NCBI GenBank assembly: GCA_963575745.1
Contig: CAUYUJ010000002.1
Span: 1,984,001 to 2,048,000 of the forward strand
Direction: 5' to 3'
Length of the DNA: 64,000 nucleotides
Origin: Prorocentrum cordatum
Lineage: Eukaryota
Made by a program: the position numbers and the translations under genes. Under the pieces are notes generated by a model. It made no database searches and had not been told where the DNA came from. It saw only the letters and a program-made list of their open reading frames with translations. Position 1 is the stretch's first letter. The number at the start of each line of letters is the position of its first letter. Positions 1-13,199 of the stretch are shown here, in pieces.

Positions 1-130
1 TCTTGAGCGATCTTGGAGGCTATCTTGGGCTCCCTGAGGCCCTCTTGGAGCCATCTTGGGCGAGAAGGACCCTCTGACACCTCGCGGAAACCTCCGTCCA
101 GTGGTGGGGGTAGGGGGAGGGGTCAAGCTG

Positions 131-1785
131 CCCACCCGCCCGCAAGCCGTCTAGTCTAGCTCACTCCCACCCGCCATCCCAACACATAAGTCACACCCGA
201 GCCTGAGCATGTTCAGCGGTCGACTTTGGATGGACAGCCACTGGGGAACCAAAGCCGACCCCAGGTGCGCGACGCTTGGGCGAGGTGCGCCACGCGTGCC
301 AGAGGGGCCATGCGCGCCAGGCACCCCTGGGGCCCGAGCGTGCCAGGCACGCCTAGTGTGCAACGTGCTCCGAGTGCGCCAGGTGTGCCGCACACTCCAG
401 CCGCGCCAGGTGCGCCACTTTCGGGGCACGTGCGGAGTGCGTCAGGTGCCTGCGCACGTGACAGCACACATCGGCAAACATGTCGGCCCCCGCAATCCTG
501 GTCGAAAACCAATGCGCATCATTGTGTCTGGCGGGCCTGTGCGCAGCACGCCACGCGCCACCACCCCCGCCGCCCCTGTTAAAAAACACTTGACAGTATC
601 GCGCGGTGGCCGCGCATGATCCAGATTTAGCCGCGAGGTGCATGTTGTATTGTTTGTTGACAGGGATGATAGCCTTGCGCACAGCAGGGAATATGCTGAC
701 AGCCCCGCCGTCCCTGTCGAAACCAATACAAAGTTCTTGCGGGCCTCACGAATATGACTCAAGACTTTCTGCCTGAAAGTGTATTTTGCATTGTCACTTG
801 ACAGGGATGGTGGGGGAGCGCATCGGGTTGGCCGCGCATGCTCCAAATGTGGAGGCAAAGTGCGGTTTGTATTGTTTTTTTTGGCATGGAGGGGGGTGGC
901 ACATGGAGTCGGCAAGGTTCCGGGTTGGTCGCCGGCTGGGCAGGGGAAGGGGTGTTGATCAGGCTACCCACCCGCCCGCAAGCCGTCTAGCTCACTCCCA
1001 CCCGCCCTCCCAACACATATGTAACACCCGAGCCTGAGCATGTTCAGCGATCGTCTTCGGATGGACAGCTACTGGGGAACCAAAGCCGACCCCAGGTGCG
1101 CGACGCTTGGGCGGGGTGCGCCACGCGTGCCAGGGGCGCCACGCGCGCCAGCGTGCCAGGCACGCCTGGTGCGCCAGATGCGCCACGTGCTCCGAGTGCG
1201 CCAGGTGTGCCGCACACTCCAGCCGCGCCAGATGCGCCACTTTCGGGGCACGTGCGGAGTGCGTCAGGTGCCTGCGCACGTGACAGCACACATCGGCAAA
1301 CATGTCGGCCCCCGCAATCCTGGTCGAAAACCAATGCGCATCATTGTGTCTGGCGGGCCTGTGCGCAGCACGCCACGCGCCACCACCCCCGCCGCCCCTG
1401 TTAAAAAACACTTGACAGTATCGCGCGGTGGCCGCGCATGATCCAGATTTAGCCGCGAGGTGCATGTTGTATTGTTTGTTGACAGGGATGATAGCCTTGC
1501 GCACAGCAGGGAATATGCTGACAGCCCCGCCGTCCCTGTCGAAACCAATACAAAGTGCTTGCGGGCCTCACGGACATGTTCAAGACTTTCTGCCCGAAAG
1601 TGTTTTTTGCATTGTCACTTGACAGGGATGGTGGGGGAGCCGCATCGGGTTAGCCGCGCATGCTCCAAATGTGGAGGCAGAGCGCGTTTTGTATCATTTT
1701 TGTTGACAGGGATAGTGGGGGGTGGCCCGCATGGTGTTGACATGGTTCTGCGTTGGCCGCCGGTCGGTTGGGGGAGGGGGTGTAC
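131..1785 (+). repeat. Two head-to-tail copies (~131-955 and ~966-1785) of a ~0.83-kb dispersed element (family B)
   Basis: Both copies start CCCACCCGCCCGCAAGCCGTCTAG..CTCACTCCCACCCGCC, share a near-identical body with a GTGCGCCA-rich minisatellite, and end GGGGTGT. The same ends recur at ~27582 and ~43026. Confidence 0.9.
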
Positions 1786-2739
1786 ATAAAAAAAAGAAGA
1801 GTGATAGACTCCTCCCCGAAGGGGAAGAATGGTTTTTGGATGAGAAAATGCAGACATCCTTAGACCATTTGCGCCCAGAGAGATGATAGGATAAATATGA
1901 GCATCTTGGAGGCGGATTTCTGAAGCGTCCCAGCAGGCGGCTGAAACAAATGTTTTCTCTTTCGGGACGCGTGTGGACAGGTATGACGGGCTCAGCGTGC
2001 AAAGCAACAATATTAAGGCACCCACAAGACTCAAGCGACGATTTGCTTCAGGGCGTCGCGTTGGACAGAGACATTAGTTTGGCGTTACAGCTGGCCTTGA
2101 TTGGTTTGCTGAGTTTCAATGTACAGGGTCACTGACACAGCAGCGGCCGTATATACAGTAGCGTGATATTAGGATTGCGCTTGCGTTGGATTGAGCTTGG
2201 TGTATCCCGTCCGTCCCATTGGTCTGCCGCATTTGTTTCGCAGCCGAACTAGTTGTGCGACAACGCACGGCTCGTCCTGGTCAGGACCCCCCCCCCTGGC
2301 GTATGGAGCGTAAGGGGGTTCAAGATCCAGGCATTTTACGATTGTAAATATATGCAGACAAGTTTCCGACTGCATTTTTCTTGTCGCCTCACGATCGTAG
2401 CTGACCCCGCCACCTGCGCGTTTGCAGACGCTACGTTTAAATGCACAGGGTCAGCGACAATGGTTCCACATCGCATCGGGCTATCGGGCGCAAAGAAGCA
2501 TTGCCGACGCATCCATCCTCGTCGCCTCGTCCGAGCTTTGTCCCACCGCTTGCCCATGTTCCATATATGATCCAGGGCTCCGCCCCCCTCCAATGCCAAT
2601 GGGATCGGCCCCCCTCGCACCGCTGGATGGGTACGCCCGTGAGCCTTGCGAATGAGATCGCCCCCCTTCCTGTGGCCGTGGCCCTGAGGGCGTGGGGTTG
2701 TGGAGGGGGTGCTGGGTGTGGGTGTGGGGTGGTGTTACG

Positions 2740-2752
2740 GCGTCGTCGTCGA

Positions 2753-2784
<32 letters not shown>

Positions 2785-2800
2785 CCGTCGTCGTCGTCGA

Positions 2801-2832
<32 letters not shown>

Positions 2833-2862
2833 CCATCGTCGCCGTCGTCGTCGTCGTCGTCC
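2740..2862. repeat. (GTC)n microsatellite
   Basis: Imperfect GTCGTC array seen directly. Confidence 0.95.
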
Positions 2863-4005
2863 CCCCCCCACCATCCCATCTGGGGCGGGGGGGGGCCCTG
2901 TGGAACTCTGGGACCCATCCCGTCTGGGCGGGGGGGGCCTGTGAGCCCTCGACCCAGGATCGCATATGGCAATTTGGTTCTTGCTACCCAGAACGTGTGT
3001 TTGCGCTCGACTCGCCATGCCATACCCCTTGCTTAAATCACGAGCGCGCAAATAACCGCGCGTCGCGGCCTGGGTCAGACAAGTTGCCCTTCTCTCCAGC
3101 GGAGCGGCGCCCGGGGGAGAGGCTGCGCGAAGACAACGGCGCGTCGCGCATCGCGGGGCGGGATGCGTGAAGTTGGTTGGCCCAGTTTGCACAAATCTCC
3201 GCTGTTGCAGGGCGATGCACCTCACTCGCTGTGATTCATGAGCGCATACAGTGGAGACCCATGCCAAGAAGCACCCTTCCTGCCTTCAGGGTGCCCTGTT
3301 TTTTTTTGCGATGGACAGCGTGACGTTTTCACACACCAAGAATCAAGAGACGCCCTGGGGCTCAGGGTTGGGTTTCTTGTGGAAGGTTTCTTGTGGTCGA
3401 GCTCCTACTGTCCCAGACATGTGACGTCCAGTTTTTTTCTAGAAGTCCGGACCCTTTCCCCAGGAACGGTTTCTCATCCTGAGTCGTTTTGCTGACGGTC
3501 CCGAGGCCCAGCGAGGGCCCCCCGAGGCCGAAATGGGCCAATATTCAATAACCTCTCACCCTGATTTTTGCTACGGCGCGATCGTGGCTGGGATTGCACG
3601 TACCTTGTCTCCCGCTCGCGCCGCCGTCCGTGCCGCCGCGGCTGGAGAGTGCGCGGCCCCCCGCGGGCGCCTCCCGCAGCCGCCATGCGCTCGGCGCAGG
3701 CCAGGGGAGTGAAGGACCCGCTCGGCGCCGTAGGCCGCCGATCGGGAAGGCGGGGGACGAGGAGGCGGCAGGAGGCAGAGGGAGGAGGCAAAGGGAGGAG
3801 GAGGAGGAGGAGGTGGAGGGGGGCAGGAGGCAGAGGGCGGACGAGAGGCGGCAGGAGAAGAGCAGTGGAGGTCGAGACCCAGACAGGATCGCGTCGTACA
3901 GAAAAATCCAGACGGGAGGTTTTTGGCCAATTTCGGCCTCGGGGGCCCTCGCCTCCTCCTCCTCCTCCTCCTCCTCCTCCTCCTCCTCCTCCTCCTCCTC
4001 CTCCT

Positions 4006-7000
4006 ACGTGCGACAAAGGGCAAGGGCTCCGTCTACGACTACGCGATCGTCAGGTCCGACATCGCCACCCACATCACCGCAGAGGCAGTCTATGATGTGC
4101 CGTGGAAGACCCACTGCGGCATACAGGTAACCATCGGCGACTCCGAGCCCTGGGGCTACCGCACTATAAGGGTCCCCGATGCCCTACCCGCTCGAGCCAG
4201 GCCTAAGAGGGGCCCTGATGCGATGAGTAAACGGTCGAGAGCTCGAGCGGAGGCTTTGCGATCCAGGAGGGATAGGCTGCCCGAGCACCTGCGCGAGGAG
4301 TTCGATGCCCTCCACTACCCAGAGACCAAGCCGCCAGAGAACGACACGCCGTTCTTCCTCCCCGACTGCGTATGGGACACGGCCGCGTGCACCGTGGCCA
4401 CGTACCCCAAGTTCCAGGGCGACCTTGTGGGCACCAAGGAGGGCAGGGGCCACATTTTCCACGCGCACGCTCCCCTTCACACGAAGCAGGTCAACACAGC
4501 CTACGCGCACTGGGTCGCCACGCTCGAGATCGCGTTTCTGGAGACCCACTCCGTCCCCGCCGAGGAGAGGGCCAAGTGCCACGGCAGGGCGCAGGGCTAC
4601 CAGACGGCCCACTAGGTCGTGCAGGCGACCCCTGGCCGCGCGCACCTCAACGACCCCGAGGCAAGCTGGTGGAAGCATTTTGGCGCGCTTCTGCAGCGCT
4701 ACGCGGCGCGAGTCAAGAATGGCAAGGACGTGGCGGCGCAGGGCTCGACCGCGAAGCACAGCCAGACGAAGTTGAATCAGTTCGACAGCGACGACTTCCA
4801 CAATAATTACTTCGGCCCCAAGGTCGACCCCGCTGCGGTTGAGGGGTGGAAGCTGCAGGTTGCCTCCCGGGACTTCTGCGACGAGCACGACCTCCACCAC
4901 ATCTGCGCGACCACTGAGCGCCGGCAGCATGGCGCCACAGCCAGGGCCGCGGGGAAGGCCCGCAAGCGATACCTTGACTGGGCCAAGCGGGCCTGGAAAG
5001 AGTCCCCAGGGAAGCTCCACCGCGTCGTAGAGAACCCGAGCCCACCGAAGCTGGAGACTAAGCTCCATGGCGTCACCTTCGCCGGCCCCTACACCGTCAT
5101 GAATAGGGCCGCAGACGCTTGGAGGCAGATCTGGACCACCAACTCCTACGACGAGCAGCAGATCATGCAGGCCTACCTGGAAGCGATGCGCAGGGCGAGG
5201 GGGGGCCCGCTCCCCAGCATCGAGCCGCAGCACATCTACGCGGTAGTCAGCGTTGCGGACCCCAAGAAAGCCCGTGGGGTCGACACCGTCGGCCCCCTCG
5301 ACATGCAGAGACTGCCTCCCAGGGGCGTCAACCAGCTGGCCCAGCTCTACAACTTCGTTGAGTCCAATGGGCTATGGCCGCAGCAGTTCTGCGCCACTTT
5401 TGGCGCGATGGCCCCCAAGCCTGCAGGAGGCGAGCACACACACACACACACCACACACACCATCCCGAAGACCTGGAACAAGACCCGCACCGCAATCACC
5501 GACCAGTGGCCCAGGGGGCTCGGCGAGTTTTGGGACACCGCCATCCAGGGCCCCAGCGCCCTACGCGCCGCCTTAACCAGGGCGCCCCTCGACGAGACGG
5601 CGGCGGCCCCTGGCTTCTCCTACGCTACCCCCCCCCCATGGACGCTGGGGCGTTCTATGGCCCCGTCTACTTCGCCAAGCTCCTGGACACGGCCGTCCAG
5701 ACCAGATGCCCACCCATAGTCGTCGTCGTGCTGGAGGCGCAGCTGATCATGGCCTCCAGGTACTTGCGCATGCACGGCTGGATCAGCGACATCATCGACC
5801 CGCAGCGCCCCATCGCGCTGGCAGCGCGCACGGAGGGAAGCTTGCCAAGGTCTACGTGGGCCCCATTCTTGCCAATGCCCACCGCAACTACGCCTGCGCT
5901 GGCCTGCGGGCCCTCGTGGGCGACACGGTCGCAAGGACCGAAGGAGAACCCAAGCAGGTCGCCAGGGGCCTCGCAGACGTGGGCATCATCTTGTTCGATG
6001 GCATGACGGAGGCTGAGCTCAAGGTGTCCCCGATGACCACGGTGATTGCTTCCTCGGCTGCGGTCGCCCTCAACGTGCACACCTACCTCAAGCGCGCGGG
6101 CTACTCCATCAAGGCGCCCCGCACCGCGGTCGACCCGGGCATCGACACTGTCGGAGCCCGACGCAGAGCGGCGGTCAGAGCCGCTCAGAGGGCGCAGAAG
6201 GCCAAGCGCAGGACTGGGCGCATCATTTCCAAGATCCACAGGCACGCCTCGCTCGCCGAGATCGCGAAGGGCCTCTGGGCAACGGGATCCCGTCCGCAGG
6301 GCACCTACGGCCGCCAGGTCTCGGGCCTCTCCCCGCGCACCATCACCGAGCAGAGGCGCCAGGCCGTACAGGTCATAGCGGGAAAGGTCCCTGGACGCTG
6401 TCTCACCACCGCCCTCGCTGTGATCCTGGGCGACAAGGACCCAGGCATAGAGCCCCGAAGGCAGACCATTCTGGAGTGGCTAAACTTCTGGTTCGCGAAC
6501 CCGAACTACCACCAACGCATCTGCAAGGCCCGGCGGATCATCCACACGAAGGTCACCCGCAGCGGCGCGAGGCGCTGGCGCCAGGTGGTGGGCCCTATCT
6601 CCACCGTCCAGGCCATCCTCCTTGACGCTGGGTGGGACTGTCCTTCCCTTTTTGCGTGGTCTCGCCAGCCTCGAGAGGGTGAGCAGGGCCCGCAGACATG
6701 GCCCCTACCTCACAAGGACTGGAGACTGGGAGCAGAGACGCGAGCAAGTCGACCCGTCGCAGCTGGCCCTGGAGTTTTGCCAATCCATCGCGAGCGGCTA
6801 CTGGCAGGCTGCAGCGGGACATCCTGATGGCGATGGACTTCAGCGAGGAGGGGCCGACGTCCAAATCGCGACGCACGAGATGAACAAGTTCATGCGCGAC
6901 GGACAGTGCGACCAGTGGTCGCTGAACCTGTGCGTGGTGGCGGGAGCGCAGTGGCCCCGCGAGCGTCTAGTCGAGGCCGGCTGCCAGGCCGAGGCCACAT

Positions 7001-8420
7001 GCCCGAGGTGTGGAGCCGCCGTGGAGACGCTGATGCATCGGGTCTGGCTTTCCCCCAGCAGCCGCGACCATGAGGACTACGAGATATCTGATGCCCCCCC
7101 CCCCCCCCCCCCCCTCAGCCCTCGCATGCGCTGAGGCTGATCCTGCATGCTGGCTCTGTGGCCTAGCCGCCCGTGCGGACACGCACCTTGTATTTCAAGA
7201 TATGGGAGGGGGCGGTGACGACTCGGATGGCCTCCTCACCCTGCACGGCGACGGTTCGGGGGGCAAGTGCAGCGCCGACCCCCTTCGCCGCAGGGTGGGC
7301 GCCGCTGTAATCGCCATGCAGTCTCGCTTTGGGGAATGGGCCCCCTGGGGAGGTATCCTGTCGGTCTTGGAGGGCGCATTCCCAACGGTGCCGCGCGCCG
7401 AGCCCCTAGCATTCGCACTGGCCCATCGAGCACTCGTTTGGCGACCTGCGCTATGTCGCTGACAACGCGCCCCTTCTGGGCGGGTGGAGGTCGAGCCGCT
7501 GCCTGCAGCCCCGCGGCGCCAACCAGAACAAAGGCCCAGGCTCTGCGCATGTCCTGTGGGCGCCCTCACACAGCGAGGGCGCCGCCAACGTTTCGCGTGA
7601 CTCTGTTTCCTTCGCCCATACTCTAGGCAACGCCTGTGCAGACGCCTGGGCTGGTGAAGCCGCCCTTCGCGCATGGGGCGCTGCCATAGTTGGCGCCGCT
7701 CCCCCGACCGACTGGCGCGACGCTCAGTGTGCTCTTATTTGCTGCCGTGCCCGTCGCGCGCTCGCCGATGCCCTGGCCGTCGATCCGCGGGTCGCGGAGC
7801 GGCCCTCGCAAGCCAAGGGGCAGCGCGCCACCCAGTTGCAGCGCGCCTTGCTAGCTAGCCCTCGCGCCTTTGTGCTCCACGCGAGCAAGTGCAGGTGCTC
7901 GAGCTGTGGAGTCACTGTAGATAAGGCCCAGATCCGCCCTGCCTGCGCGTCGCCGCGCCAGCCTGCGGCACCGCAGCCTGTCGCTAGCGATCAGGTTCTC
8001 CCAGCACAGGGGGCGCCGCTCTCTGTGGCCGCGCGTCGCACGCCTCGCACAAGATGCACTGCGTGCAAAAATGCTGCCTGCATTTCTGCCGCGAATGCGG
8101 CAAGACAGCCACTGAAGACCCCAGGCGCCTCGCCAGCCCGCGCGGTGGTCTCGCCCGCAAGGGCAAGGATGATCTTGCAAATGTTGATAGGGGCCGGTTT
8201 ACGCGCGCCCGTGCGGGGCGCGACGGCCTCATTCCGTACATTCGAGCGGCGACCCGCGGCATGGCCGTGGAGCAAGCCGCCGCTGCTGCGCTCGTTGCCC
8301 CTGCCGCGAGCTATCCATAATTTCCAAGGGTGGCCCCGCGGCACGGCCGCGGCGTTTGCGCGCCACCGCGCGCTCGCGGCCGCTGCCGCCTGCGCTCTGG
8401 CGCGCGCCCTGGCGCGCATC
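4006..8420 (+). mobile_element. Decayed, 5'-truncated non-LTR (LINE) retrotransposon: end of APE endonuclease, RT, RNase H, C-terminal Cys motifs
   Basis: Endonuclease tail YDYAIV...WKTH (~4030-4115). RT motifs ARGVD, PKPAGGE, MDAGAFYG (D..KFYD-like) and LVGD (YVDD-like, ~5914). CPRCG..ETLMHRVW zinc motif (~7000). RNase H motifs HGDGSGG, TVPRAE and LGNACAD (7245-7645). In-frame TAG at 4613 and several frameshifts. (CCT)n flanks on both sides. The right boundary is approximate. Confidence 0.85.
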
Positions 8421-8937
8421 GTCGTAATCTTCGCAATCTTCCTCCTCCTCCTCCTCCTCCTCCTCCTCGCCATCGTCATCATCTTCGTCGCCGTCATCAT
8501 CATTGCCATCATCATCGGCATCATCCTCATCATCATCGTCATCATATTCCTTCTCCTCTTCCGGGGCTCGGGGCCACCAAGAAGCGGCTCAGGATGAGAA
8601 ACTGGTCCCGGGGAAAGAATCGGGAGTTCCAGGGGCCCCGCATGGAAGAAAACAGGGCGTCGCATGTCTGGGGAGGCGGCAGGGGGAGAGGGTCGGCGGC
8701 GAGGCCAGGGGGGGAGTCAGAGGGGGCGCACCTGCTCAGAGTGCTCGGAATGCCTCCGGCCTTCTGAGAGTCTTGCCGATCTTTCTCCGAAGACAGGGAC
8801 GGCTCCTCAGAAGGCCGGAGGGCTTCGGAGAAGCCCCGCCGCCCTTCTGAGAAGGTCTGCGCCCTCGCCTTTTCTCCCCCCTGAGCTCGCGGCCAACGCG
8901 GGAGGGGCGGGGGGCAGAGGGCAGCGGTGGAGAACGA

Positions 8938-8953
8938 TGTATATATATATATA

Positions 8954-9009
<56 letters not shown>
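8938..9009. repeat. (TA)n microsatellite, left target flank of the YR element
   Basis: TA array ends immediately before repeat A1. Confidence 0.95.
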
Positions 9010-9010
<1 letters not shown>

Positions 9011-9110
9011 TGCTTCCGTTTTCAAACCAGCTTGTCATCCCCCGCGCGCCGTCGAGGCCGCCTGGGGGGACGGCCTCTCAGATGGTCCGCGACCATTTCG
9101 CTCAAGCTCT
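9010..9110 (+). repeat. Split direct repeat A1
   Basis: ATGCTTCCGTTTTCAAACCAGCTTGTCAT...GACCATTTCGCTCAAGCTCT, repeated at 15125-15223. Confidence 0.92.
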
Positions 9111-9127
9111 TTTTGGACGGCCGGCGC

Positions 9128-10677
9128 ATGTCACCCCTCGGGCAGTCGGAAGCGATCGGTGGGTTGGCTGCTGTCTCGAACCTGGCGTGGAGCACCTTGC
9201 CATGGCTTTTGACGATCGCCGACCAGGCCAAGGATTGTGCGATCGGCGACTGGGTAGTGAAGCTCGGTCCTCTCTTGGCAGTGGCCATCTGGATCGGTGG
9301 CTTCGTGACAAGGCTGCTCGTGGGCTGCGCCTATGTCGGCTGCCCCACTCCGCCGTCGACGGCGCGTCAGTGGGAGAACCGCGGCGGGTGGCAGGCAAGG
9401 ACCATCGTCGGCGAGAGCACCGCTCGAGAGCTGAAAGAGGCGATGGAAATGGGGGCCGACGGCGACGCCATCAGGGGGAATCGTATCTGGTATTGCATGA
9501 GCCTGGACCTCGACGTGTACCTCATCGCCCTCGCCCCGCCGATGATCACGGGCCTCGAGGTGCTCGACAACGGCGGGGACGTAGTGGAGCAATTGGGCGC
9601 GAGACGGCGAGTGGGGAAACCGGTCTACGGTTCAGACTGGGCGCCCGCGCCCTTGGAGGTCGCGGAGGCGATCGAGTTCGTGAGCGACAAGAACCAGATC
9701 AAGACTCGCCTTCGGGGGAAACAGAGTCTAGCCTCAGCGAGAGCAGCGACAGCGGGAGCTCCAGCCCTTGAGGAGGGCAGCGGGCTTCTGCCGGACTTGA
9801 AGCCCTTGAAGTGGTACGTGGCGGCGGCATCGGCGGACACTCCAGTGGGTCACCCATGGCCTGGGACGGATGTCGACGTCTACTGCGTGGCTGGCGAGCA
9901 CGCGCTGGCCGCGGTGGACGCCGAGATCCTGCTCCTGCGCGCGCTCGACCCGATTAATGGGGAGATGCAGCTGGAGTTGGACGCCCAGGTGATGCCGATC
10001 GTGCACTCGGCCAACGGCGAGAGGAAGAGAGTGTTCCAGGACGCCGTGGAGAACATCAGCGAGACGAAGTGGGACAATTGGACCTTGTTGGTGCCTAGGA
10101 CCACAGCCTGGTGCCTGCGCTTCATAGCCGACCAGGACAGCCACCCCTGGGCCCGGCACACCAAGTGGCTTCACGAGGCCGGGCTGTCTGCCGCGGACCC
10201 GGGGGTGGCAGATCACGAAGTGGCGATGCGGGCCTTCGAGTTCGGGCTGAGCTTCGATCAGGCCAACATCAGTGAGTTGGCGGCTTTCGAGGTGCTGGCC
10301 CGGCGGGCGCAGATGGCGGAGTGAAAATACCGCGACCGCTTTGCCCCCCGGCGGGCCGACGAGACGGTGGAGGACGAGCACCTGCACATGGGGGCCGGGG
10401 AGACGCGCGGGCTGATCATGGTGGCGCCGACGCTCGTGGAGCACATCTCGAGCGAGCTCCACCGCGAGAGTGCCATCATGAAAGAGAAGAGGAAGCTGCG
10501 GAGGAGCGCCAGCTGTCGCGCTGCGGCGGCGGCATGAGCGGTGACACCAAGGAGAGCCTGCTGAAGAAGATCGAGTCCCAGGCCGCGGAGCTTCGCCGGC
10601 TCCAGGCCCGCCAGGACGCCGGGGGCGGCGAGGCTGGCGCAGGCGGCGGCCGCGGTGGCGGCCGCGGCGGGAAGTGA
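9128..10677 (+). pseudogene. gag-like ORF1 of the YR retrotransposon, disrupted
   Basis: ATG at 9128. Long ORF with PRTTAWCL...RHTKW...DQANISELAAFEVLARRAQMAE, then TGA at 10322. The same frame continues MGAGETRGLIMVAP...KEKRKLR. It lies upstream of RT. The gag label is positional inference. Confidence 0.7.
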
Positions 10678-12800
10678 CATCAAGATGCCTGTGCCCCGGG
10701 ACCTGCTTCCTGCTCCGGTCCTGGGGCTTTCGGGCAGTGAGGGGGTCTCCTCTTGCTGCCGGGCGGTGCGCTCTCGAGCGCGACGCCGGTCGTCCGTCGA
10801 CGCCTGGGCGGACGCGGGGCATTTCAGGCGCGGCAGCCTTTCGAGAGCTGCGCGCATTTGCCCTTGGGCACCTCTCCGAGCCCCAGAGGCCCGCCGCCTT
10901 CAAGCGCGACAAGGTCGCGCTGCCGACCCCCGGGCCGAAGTGCCACGGCCCCAGCCTGCTACGGGGGGAGGCGCTTGAGCGTTGGGGGGGCTGGCGTGAG
11001 CGGCTGTTGCGGCCTCGACCCGTGGGCGAGCCGGTAAAGCCACATTGCGACCAGAAGCTGATGAGCAGCAAGACGTCCTACGCAAAGTTCATGGGAGACT
11101 TGATTGACACAGGCGTGGTGAGCCTTGGTCCGCAGAGCGAGGCCACGCTGGGGATATTCTTCGTGCCCACGAGGATCGAGGCGCCCCGGCTCATCCTCGA
11201 CACGCGGCGGGTAAGCCAGTTTTTCGAGGAGCCTGCTCACGCCTCGCTGCCCACGTCGGGGGCCTGGCGTGGCACGTGCATCCCCCCTGGCGAGGAGAAG
11301 AACCTTGCCCAGGTTGATATCGAGGCTTGCTTCTACCGCATGGCCGTCCCCGACGGCCCCTCCGACTCTTTCAACCCCCCGGCGGTGGATCTCCCCGCCC
11401 AGGCGGGCTCGCCCTGACATCGACCTCCCCGCTGGAGTGGTGGCCTCGCCCCGCCTTGAGGTATTGCCCATGGGCTGGAGCTGGTCGCTGTACTTCTGCC
11501 AGGAGATCGCGGCGTCTTGCGTGTTCCTGAGCGGCTTCTCGCCCGGCTCGCTGGTTGAGGACTGGCGGGCGGCGCCGCGCCTGCAGAATGGCACGGCCGC
11601 GGCCACCTATGTCGATGGAGTCGCCATCGCGGGCGCCGACGGTGCCGAGTGCATGCGAGACTGCATCAGGGTGAAGGAGGTCCTCGAGCAGCGCGGCTTG
11701 CTGACCAAGGGGGTTGTTGAGCCGTGCGACGAGCAGGTCTTCACGGGCCTGACTTTCCACCGGGCCAGCGGGCGTGTCTCTTTGTCCCGCTCGCGCCTGT
11801 GGAGAATCCGCCGGGCCTTCTTGTTCGCCGCCAGTGCCGAGGCGTTGACGGGGGGCCAGGTCCGGCAGCTGCTGGGCCATTTCACCTGGGCCAGCCTTAT
11901 CAGGCGAGGGCTGCTGTCCGTCTTCGCGGCCGCGCACTCGTTCGCGGAGAAGGCCGGCGACCGCGCCCGGCGGCCTTGGGGGGCGGTTCGCCACGAGCTG
12001 AGGCTCGGGGCCGCGCTGACCGCCCTCGCCTTTGTGGACCTGTCGCGGCCCATCGCCAGCTCGGTGGGGGCCACAGATACGTCCGGGAGCCGCCGCGACC
12101 AGGACATTTGCGACGATGGCGGCTTCGGGGTGGTCAGCCGTGAGCTCGACCATGAGACGACCCAGAGAACCTTGCAGGTGAGTGCGAAATCGGAAACCGA
12201 ACGGTAGCCAGTATCCGGGCACGGGCCGCTTCTCTGGGCCTGCACCACGACCTCCATGGCCAATGAAAGAAAGAAGAGGCCTCCCTCGACACGCTCAGCG
12301 ACCTCCGCTTAAACCCGTACGACGCCAAGATGCAGGAGCCCTTGGAGCCCCTGAAGGTTACCTCGACGGTGCTTGTTGACCCCGAACGCGATGCGGACGG
12401 CGGCGCCCGCCCCTCTCGGCCCTCGGGCCCCCCCTCGATGCCGCGCAGCTCATTCGAGGAGGTGGGGGGGGCGCTGTCTTAGGATTACCACATGATTGGA
12501 AGGTGTGTTTCCATTGGCGTTTCGGACGAGACGCCGACATTATATTGCTGGAGGCTGAGGCTCTTCTTATGTGGGTACGGCACCTACTTTGATCTCGCAA
12601 TCGGCTAGGCCATCGTTTGCTCCTGCTTTCGGACAACATGTCTCTCGTGCTCGCCATCGGGAAGAGGAGATCATCGGTCCCTGGAGTGAACGCCTCGTTA
12701 CGCCGTATAGCCGCTGTGTGTTTTTTGGCGGACGCTGAGCTGACCGTGCGTTGGATCCGCTCGAGCTTAACCCTGCAGACCGTCCGTCTCGGCTACCTGG
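10674..12800 (+). pseudogene. Reverse transcriptase-RNase H (DIRS type), frameshifted
   Basis: GIFFVP...RLILDTR, VDIEACFY, LPMGWSWSLYFCQ, YVDG (catalytic-like motif), LLGHFTW. RNase H motifs ATDTS, IILLEA, LSDNMS and WIRS/ELNPADRPSR, spread over several frames. Confidence 0.88.
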
Positions 12801-13199
12801 GGCCCCAGTCAGTGATCGTATAGATGACGCGCGTAGCCTCATCCGGCTCAAGGCTCCTGGACTCGAGCTTCACCGACCGCCAGGCCTCGAGCATGACGAG
12901 GGGTCGCTTCGGCACGCCGCTGTTGAAGCCCCTGCTGAAGAGGGGCCCCGGTCCGCCGCGCATCGCGCGGTCACGGGGCTCGGCGACACCTGGGCGGAGG
13001 ACCCGGCCTGGGGAGATCGCCGCCGCCCCTTCTGCGCCGGCCCCGCCAGCGCGGAGGACCTCAGCAGCTCCAGCAGCGAGGAGGGGGAGACCTACGGCGT
13101 CGGGCACGGCTTCGAGAGCCGAGGGGCTTCGCCAGCGACGAGCTCGGGATCGTGCTCAGCAGGCAGCGGGGTCTACTCTGACGCCGAGTTCTGGGGGCC

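Noticed and set aside
8927..9127. N-terminal extension of the gag ORF from 8927
   Set aside because: It reads through the (TA)n flank outside the element. ATG 9128 is the plausible start.
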